64,000 nucleotides of DNA from Daphnia carinata. Lineage: Eukaryota. A program made the position numbers and the translations under genes. Positions 55,753 through 64,000 of the stretch are shown one piece after another. The DNA is taken from positions 7,006,001-7,070,000 of the forward strand of contig NC_081331.1 of the NCBI RefSeq assembly GCF_022539665.2. The letters run 5' to 3'. The stretch's first letter is position 1; the number at the start of each line of letters is the position of its first letter. A model generated the notes under the pieces. That model was given only the letters and a program-made list of their open reading frames with translations, was not told the DNA's origin and made no database searches.

Positions 55753-56782
55753 ATTCGTTTACACAGTAAATTTGACAGAAAAGAATGACTGCAATCTTAT
55801 GTTTGCATTTTACTGTGAGCGCCATCCGCAATGAATACAGTTGGAACCGTTTTACTTCTACCAACAATTCTTTGAAAACGTAATGCAGAAGTCTCAAACA
55901 AAAAATACAAATAATTACGTTAAAATGCGTTCGTTTGTAAAATCTCTTCTATCGTACACTTTAGATTAGCACACAGTTACAATACATCTGCGTTGTGGCT
56001 AAGAAAAATCAATGTAAGTGGTGACAGTTCTGCTGAAGAGTTAAGAGTCAATTTCACTGGAAGGTCACCCCAGTCCCTTTTTTTATGTGTTGCAATTCAA
56101 GCTGCATCTTTAAAAACTGCAACAGAACTTCTGCGATTCCTGATAAGTCATCCAATCCGGTAAATAATTAATCAGAATTTTCCAATAGGGGTGGGTTGGG
56201 GGGTAGATTTTACACTGATACAGTCGTCTAGCATGCCGTTAAAAATTCGCTGTCCATCGTTTGTCGCCCCTTCACGGTGAAAGTTCTGTGTAGAAATTTG
56301 CCATCTATGCAGGTGTTGAAAATAAGCAAAATCTTTATTCTGTACCACTCCTTTTGCTCTCGTTGGATTAAGTAAGTCGGAATAAAAATTGTTTGCAAAT
56401 TCTAGTTTTTGAGAGCAGCCCGGAAGAGTTTCGAATCGATAACACGCTAGCGATTCAATAGTTATTTGAATAATCATTTTGGCAACGCCAACGCAAGGTC
56501 AGATCAACATTCAGGATTGACCAGACCATATAGGCCTATCTGTGTTGTGATACCTGATAAGTTCATCAATCTTATTTATTTATCTATTTACTGCTGCGTG
56601 AAACAGGCAAACAGCAGTTGTGTTAATATTTTTATGTAATTTGAAAAACTTGATTTTGTCGAAGTAGAGTTTAGTTCTTTCTTCCCTCAACAAAACGGAG
56701 TAAACCTACTGTCACTGGAAAAGTAATAGATTAATCGTTGATATTGTCGAGTGTAATAACTAATAAGAAGTTTTTTAAAGGA

Positions 56783-57601
56783 ATGGCGGAATGTAAACCT
56801 CTGAGTCCTGAGGAAGTAAGTGCAGCTTGTGCACAGGCTTCACCTGAGACCAAAGTAAAAACAAAACAAAAAAATTAACATTTACATTAGGTTAAATACA
56901 TCAACTGTCTGACACATTTTTCAGGACTTTCTCTTTCAACAAACAATGTATCGAATTAAGGATCCAAAAGCCAGCCTAGATTTTTATACCAGAGTACTGG
57001 GCATGTGCTTACTGAAGCAATTTAACTTTGATGAAATGAAATTCTCATTGTTCTTTATGGGATATGAAAACCCAAATGATATACCTGGTGATGAGAAAGA
57101 TAGAGCTAGGTGGGCTTTATCTAGAAAAGCAACTTTAGAGCTGACACAGTAAGTTTATTTGATAAGTAATGTTATTTCACATGTTAACGTAAAACTGAAT
57201 CTAAAGCTGTTTCTTAAATTTGTTTCAGTAATTGGGGAACTGAATCTGATCCAGAATTCAAGTATCATAATGGAAATTCTGAACCTAAGGGATTTGGTAT
57301 TATAGATAAATAAAATTATGTAGTTTGAAAAATGGATATACAAATGTTATGTTCTGGTAAAGGCCATATTGGAATAATGGTACCAGATGTTGATGCTGCA
57401 TGTGAAAGATTTGCAAATCTTGGGGTACAATTTGTCAAAAAACCAAACGATGGTAATTTTCTGCAATTTACAGTGCATAGTACTTAATTTTTTAATAATA
57501 ATTTTTTTATGCTGTGTGTAGGTAAAATGAAGGGCATTGCTTTCATCAAGGATCCTGATGGCTATTGGATCGAGATATTTAATAATAACCTTGACATCTG
57601 A
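56783..57601 (+). CDS. GLO1: Lactoylglutathione lyase (glyoxalase I)
   Basis: [61 protein letters not shown]. Five coding exons. Confidence 0.97.
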
Positions 57602-58596
57602 ATAACTCAGCGCTTGAAGCTGTGGAAACAGTCAAATATATATCATGGTTGGTTATTGTGTGATAATCAAATATAAAAAATATTGAAATGAACAGCGTGT
57701 GATTGAGTTCTTTTTCATAAATGTCTAAATAAAACTATATAATTGGTGGAAAATAGAATAGAGAGGGATTGCCAAGTACATATTTATTAGAACATGGCAT
57801 AAACTCTCAGTGTTATACAACAAAAAAATACATTTATTGCCCCTTAGCTTAAAACTGGAAGCCTATATGCTGGCCCCAACAGCCTGTCTTCTAGGTTTAT
57901 TATGGACACAGGAGTTGCCTGAGTGTATGTGAGTGCTGGTTACCCATAAATAACAAAGTCTTCTCTTTACAAAGCATGAAAGTACCATTGAATATTGCAA
58001 CGTTACTTGAAATTCTCATCGTAGCTGACAAATAAAATGTATTCTATCCACCACACTAGTAACGATTATCCGATTGCATGCTTAAATGCTCCACATTTCC
58101 TACACCTTATTTTTCAAATCCTTTGTTTTTGCCTAAAATTCCAGATATAGTTAGATAGTCAAGTTGTCTACTATGTAAAGTAAAATGCTAGGCGACGCTG
58201 AGACGCAATGCTGAATTTCCGATTGTATTTATTCTGCAACTTTTTGAATTTTGTCCACAACAAAAGTTACCGTTTCGTTCACTAGCTTCCGCCGATTTAT
58301 TGTTGTCATCACACATTCCAATTCCCGCAGTTTACCACCGTTGTTAACCATTCCTCTGGGCCGAAAACACCGCACCAATATAGTACGTGACACAAGCTAT
58401 AATATGAGAGCGCCTGTTTAACACTACCGTCGGATTACGACAGGGAATCGTCCGATCGGGCATCCTTAATTAAATCATGTGCTAGTTATACCGAGAAATG
58501 ACGTCTACCAATTGAAAATTTTAGTGAAACTTTGGGGAGTTTTTTAAGCTTTCTTGTGGAACGTAGGCTACGTCGTCAACACCCACTTTTTTAAAC

Positions 58597-61500
58597 ATGG
58601 AAAAATTTGCTGTGGATTTGGACAAGGTCTTAGATGACTTTGAGTTACAAGAGGGTAAAAATGTTTATTATAGTGTCTCTTTAACTTAATCTAAAGGAAT
58701 GTTGTTCTTCTCTTTATTATTCTAGACCAGGCAGAGCAGTTTGTTAAGAATGGTGAAAAACTTGATTGCTTGGAAACTGAGGAATCTCGGGAAAATTTTC
58801 CTGAATTATTAGATTTTATAACAGAACCACTTGCTGATTCTGCCAGTCATCAAAAGGAACTTTCCCAGTTCTCAAACCTTGTGGGCTGTGAAGACATTGA
58901 ATCCAAATCTCCATCAACAGATGCCCCAGAATCAAAACAGACTGAGACATCTGACTGCCTAATAAAAAATGAGCTCCTGGACTTAAAGTCTAGTGTGGAT
59001 GAAACTACTAATGAACATTCCAATCTGAATGAGCTACTTCTCGACCTAAGTGAAGCCTTGGGCAGTGCTCTTGTCACAGAACAATCTGTTAATTTGGAAA
59101 TTGAAAGTTCTACTTTGCTGGATCAGTCATTCACTGAGGATGTAGTAACTCAGCCATTGTTATCTGACATTATACAAAATGGAGCCTTCAATCCTTCTCA
59201 TCCAGATACTTTAACAGATGATGAACTTGAAAGTTATCTGGCTGAATTGGAAAAGGAAGAAGAAGGAGAAACATCAGAGCCCACACTTGCGGGAAAAATA
59301 GGTAGTGAAGAAGAAAATAATCATATACCAAATTGTTCACCGGTAATACTTGAAACTGACAAAGAGATTAAATGTTCCATTATTGGTGATGTAAATGAAA
59401 AAACACTTCTAGTCCTACCTTTGGCTGAAGAAGAGGAAAGTGTACCACTATCTGACAGTGAAGTAACATCAACAGAGGAATCAAACGGCTCCTCGTTTAG
59501 TGATTCAGATTCTTCAGACGCGCATCCTAATCTACATGAAGATTCATTCAGCACTGAGGAAGAAATGCCTCAGTTGATAGATGATCCTTGTCTATTAAAC
59601 ACAGAAAATGTCAGTGAAACTGTGCCGTCCCAGATTACGGTGGATCAAATAGTCGATGGCTGTGAATCGAATCCTTCTCACATGCCTGAGGACAACCTTG
59701 CTAACTCATCGTCTTGTGAAGTGACTGAACCAGTAGATGGGGTAGTTGTGGAAGATATACCTGCGCCGTCGTTAAATGTTAATGCAGAGAATAACGTGAC
59801 GTCTGTGATGTCAGATTTCTCACATGATGACAATGCACCTTTAGAGCCTTACAGCAGCCTAACTGAAGATGAACGCCTACTTGGAGTACTAAAGCCTGTT
59901 TGGATTCCCGATGAAGAAGCTCCTCAATGCATGAATTGCAGTCAACGATTTACAGTTATTAGGCGACGACACCATTGCCGTGCATGCGGTAGAGTTCTCT
60001 GCAGTAACTGCTGCTCGTCACGTGCTCGTCTTGAATACATGGAAAGCAAAGAAACACGGGTGTGTTTACCATGCCTTCAAGTCCTAAGGAAAGTTGAAGC
60101 ATATAAAAAGTGGGGCAGTTTAGCTGAGGGCCAAGCTTCAACTAACACAGTGGATAGTGGGAGTCAAAGTAGTGTTGACTCCACACCAACCTCTAGTCCC
60201 TCTCCACATCTTCCTAATCCAGTCGTCAGAGTCAATGTTAACAATCCCTCCGAATACTGTTCTACTGTACCACCTGCTCTCCAAGTAGCTGCGGCTGCTG
60301 CACTTCCGACCCCAACTGTGATGGTTCCAGTCCCAGTTGGAGTCTTGAAGAAAGAAGGAACACCATCACATCCGCGAACGAAGAGCGAACCTAAGCAGGT
60401 TAGTAATCTTATTTAATATTAAAATAAGTTTTATTCTACCATTGGTTTCTCAGGTAATTTTTAGTGATGGAATTCGGCCTGGAGGCGACTTGGCTGAATT
60501 GGACGCATGGCGTGCACCAGTAGCTGATTCCCAGTCTGGCATTCATCGGTCGGTGTCGCGGCGTGTCCAAAAAAAAGCATCTATTACCACAGCAACGCCA
60601 GAAAACAGTGCTCCTCAAGAAATTAAAAACCAGCATATGATAAAGCTCGTCCCCTCTCTACCTCCAATCGTTAACGGACCGGACTCAATCGAGCAATTAC
60701 AATGTGCGTTAGCCGATCCTATCGCTCCTTCAGTGGTATTTGCAATGCAGTCTAGTCAGTCTGGAGTTGATCGACATTTACTATTGGTACGAGTAAAACT
60801 ACTCCAACTTGATTGCTGTGTTCGGAGGAAATGCTGGTCATTTGCTACATGTGGAATGCGCTGGGTTGCTCAAGACGAAATAGTAATTCTATTAGAACAG
60901 CAATCCGACACTTCGACTGAAAATAGCGTGGTGGATGAATTATTGCCTCCTGAAGATATATTTTACCACCTCCTTTCAATTTACGAAGAGGCTATGAACA
61001 AACACCACGTTATCATCAACCTAGGTCATACAGTCACTCCTGGAACATTTTTAGGTACAAAAAAAATTATTAAATTTTTTTTTTTGTTTATTTTTATTCA
61101 TTTATTCATTTACTTATTGTTTCATACGTTCAATAAACAAAACTTTGATTGTATAATTTTATTAGGTTCAACCGAACATGGTGGCTTCTTGTTCTTCCGT
61201 ACAACTTTTCAATGTGTACAGCAATTATCCTTGCCACCTCCTCCTTATCTGGTTGGGGTGCTACTACAACGATGGGAGATACCTTGGGCTAAAGTGTTTC
61301 CACTTCGCCTACTGTTGCGGTTGGGAGCAGAATTTCGCTACTATCCTTGCCCACTATTTAGTGTCCGCAAGCGCAAGTCGGTTTTTGGAGAAGTCGGGCA
61401 CACCATCGTCAACCTTTTGGCTGTAAGAAACATCCGCATCGACGTGTTGGCAAATAATAATAATCTTAAATCATTGATATCTCCGCATTTCAGGACATGC

Positions 61501-62643
61501 GGAATTTTAGCTACAGTTTACCGGCAGTCGCAGGGCTTGTTGTACACATGGAAGAAAAAGAAACTAACATTCTACTGCCCAAATCGCGTTATCAGCAAGT
61601 TTGCAAAGCATTGGCCCAATCGAATGATCACGTCATTTCACTTGCGGCTTCGTTTAGTCCACAAGCGGATGCCCACCTGGTCTGTCTTCAGTTGGATGAC
61701 GGATCTTACCAGACTCAAGCTATTAACATACATACACGGCCACGAAAAGGTATTAGCTCTGCTACTCTGCCATTTAAATAGGCTTTATCATTTACCTTTT
61801 TTTTTTTTTCGTTTTTTTTTTTTCTTTCGAAGTTACTGGTGCAAGCTTCTTAGTGCTTAACGGCGCTTTGAAAAGCTCTAGTGGCCTTAGTGGTCGTTCC
61901 TCAATTGTTGAAGATGGAGTGATGGTGCAGCTCCTTCCCGACATGCTCAGTAATCTGAAGCAGGCACTTATTCGAATGGAAAATTACACCATTCAGTGTG
62001 GGAAAATAATTAACGAACAGCCGGAGGAAACGGTTACTCTTAAATGGGTGGACACAGAACCGTCTCCTGTCAATACAGGGTAAATAATGGACGCAGAATG
62101 TTAGGGAATATTACCTATTTACAATCTATTTGGCACAGAGTTCAGTCACCAATCGATGGTCGAAGCTTTACCGGGATATCGTCGATCCGTGTCATGCAGC
62201 CACGGGATTTTAAAGGCGAAGGGCAGAGACTATTGCGTTGGACGGAACTGTTCATTATTAAAATTGAGGACAGTGCACACTCATCTTCGAGCAGAATAGA
62301 AGATAACGGAGACATCACACGTTTTGCTGAAACTGTCGCTAAGGGGGCGTCTATGGCTCTGGCTGCGAAGCTCGCCAGCCTAGACCCTCATACTTTAATT
62401 GGGCTACGTGTTTCACTGGATGGAGATTCGGTATAATTTCAAATTCAATAAACATTTCTTTAATCTATAAATATTTTCTGCGTTGTCTAGGTTGAGTATC
62501 AAACTGGAGCTGGTCAAGCTCCTCTTCCTAATACGTGTGTCGAGGAGTTGGATTCGTCTCTAATCCCTATATTACATCGAGAATCTTCAGGTCAAAGTGT
62601 TCCGTGTATAATGGAACTTTGGTTTCAAATCGTTCATCCGTAA
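58597..62643 (+). CDS. ZFYVE9: SARA / zinc finger FYVE domain protein 9/16 family
   Basis: N-terminal DLDKVLDDFE, acidic linker, FYVE finger (WIPD..C..C..RRHHCRACG..RVC), NPSEYCSTVPP Smad-binding motif, KQVIF PP1-type motif, conserved C-terminus (WEIPWAKVFPLRLLLRLG, SSIVEDGVMVQ). Confidence 0.95.
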
Positions 62644-63188
62644 ATGCAAGATTGCTAATTGACGAGAACGACACTAACTGAAATGTGATTGGCTTTGTAA
62701 TATTTGTATAACAATCATGTAGTGGTTCTCCTTTCTGCTACTATCCGAAAATTTTTGTTACGCTGTTGTTATCACCAAGGTTCTATATACTGGTTGCCAT
62801 TCCCCTTTTCCTTATCTTTTGAGAGAAAACAATTTCCCTCGTCTAAATACCAATAAACTACGTTAGTCATCTTATCTTTGCATCTATAGCAAACTCGGTG
62901 TATTCTACTTCATATTATTGACCCTTGCAGGTTATACATCACGATTCGAATCCGTTTTAGCATACAATCGTGGTTTCATGGAAGTCACAATAAAAAACTC
63001 GACTGCGTATCACAATTATTATTATTATTTTCTTTACTTGCTCTAGTTTTAAACTCAGGATTGCATTATGACTTGAATTTGCGTATTATTTTATACATTT
63101 CCAAAAATTGCCAATGTAGTGGGAGACATCGTAATTCCTAATCACTCCATGCCATCTATGGTCAGACTTGTGCATTTGATTCCACATG

Positions 63189-63468
63189 AGCCAATCACAA
63201 AGCGCAGTTGCACAGCCAATGGAAAGCCTTCTTTCACCGAAGGCTTGGGCGCCATTTTTTTTTAAATAAGGGGAAGGGAACTGACAACAGCTTCCCGCCT
63301 CGTGCTGCTAGAGCAGACCACTGTGGCGCTCCCAATAGACTGTTCATGGTCGCCATTCCTTAGCCGTGCTTCTTGCGTTGTGTTCGCTTTCTGAAAACAG
63401 TGCTGTATTATTGAAGATACAGTTGTGCCCTACGCTTTCTCTGGATTTAATAGCAGTTTTTCACCATG
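63189..63468 (+). promoter_or_regulatory. Promoter and probable start (ATG-only coding exon) of a gene continuing off the right edge
   Basis: Three CCAAT motifs (~63192, 63216, 63333), CGCCAT motifs, and CACCATG|GTGAGA at 63466-68 (good Kozak context followed directly by a donor). Confidence 0.45.
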
Positions 63469-64000
63469 GTGAGATAAAATATCATCCGTCGAATTTGACC
63501 TTGTCGACAGCAATTCAATTTATAGGTAAGTCGTGAAGTCTGTTTGCTATCTTTTTTTTCCCTCCACAAGTGGTAGTAGACAATTATAGCAACAAAGCAA
63601 ACTTTTCGAGTCGTCTGTCTAGGACCTGTAGTTTTTTTTTCTTTGCCGTTGTTCCCTTGACGAAAGGCATTTACAGAGAAATCTTTGAAACACAAAATAA
63701 AAAGGAAATTAGAAAAAAAAAAAAAAATAAGTCAGATCTGTTGTCAACTTTTGGCGAATCCCCTAGCTCCAGAGGTACGTCCCTTTTGAATGTCTGAATT
63801 CCCAAATGGAGACACAAGGTTTAGACTCTTGTCTACCTCTCTAAACAATGAGTTTTACCTCCATCAATCCAAACCGAAAGAAGTGTCTGGATTCCATTGT
63901 TTAGTCTTTCGGAGCAGCGAGAAAAACCCTGATAGAGTATTCTGTGGTTTGAAGTCAAAGATAAGGAAAATGCCGCTTTTTACTGCAAAATGGTGTCATT

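Noticed and set aside
38814..62643. Stop-codon readthrough or selenocysteine recoding in the annotated genes
   Set aside because: No stop is in the leaky TGA-C context, and I found no in-frame TGA in the exons I read.
63224..63246. Hairpin AAGCCTTC-TTTCACC-GAAGGCTT
   Set aside because: Does not match the histone stem-loop or any RNA family I recognise, and it lies among promoter motifs.
1..64000. CRISPR arrays, tRNA/rRNA genes, intact transposons, bacterial operons
   Set aside because: No spaced direct repeats, cloverleaf motifs, rRNA signatures or transposase/RT ORFs seen; the sequence is spliced eukaryotic DNA.

Overview
Eukaryotic, intron-rich genomic DNA with short (~50-90 nt) GT-AG introns, many homopolymer runs and arthropod-type proteins. 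It looks like a compact crustacean genome such as Daphnia (inferred from style, not confirmed). Left 40 kb: the probable 5' end of a minus-strand gene running off the left edge, a decayed coding-like segment (~10.1-11.2 kb), and one large plus-strand gene (14.3-38.8 kb) for a MISP/AKAP2-C-terminal-family protein with at least three phase-compatible alternative first coding exons. Right 24 kb: a dense housekeeping cluster of a Nod/KIF22-like kinesin (-), delta-COP (+), porphobilinogen deaminase (-), Vps39 (+), PIG-H (-), fibrillarin (+), glyoxalase I (+), SARA/ZFYVE9 (+), and the probable start of a further gene. I see no prokaryotic system, CRISPR array, rRNA, tRNA or intact transposon. The best leads are the isoform architecture and tyrosine-motif cluster of the MISP/AKAP2-like gene, the divergent kinesin, and several unannotated candidate transcripts in the spacers. 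The candidate transcripts are hypotheses only.
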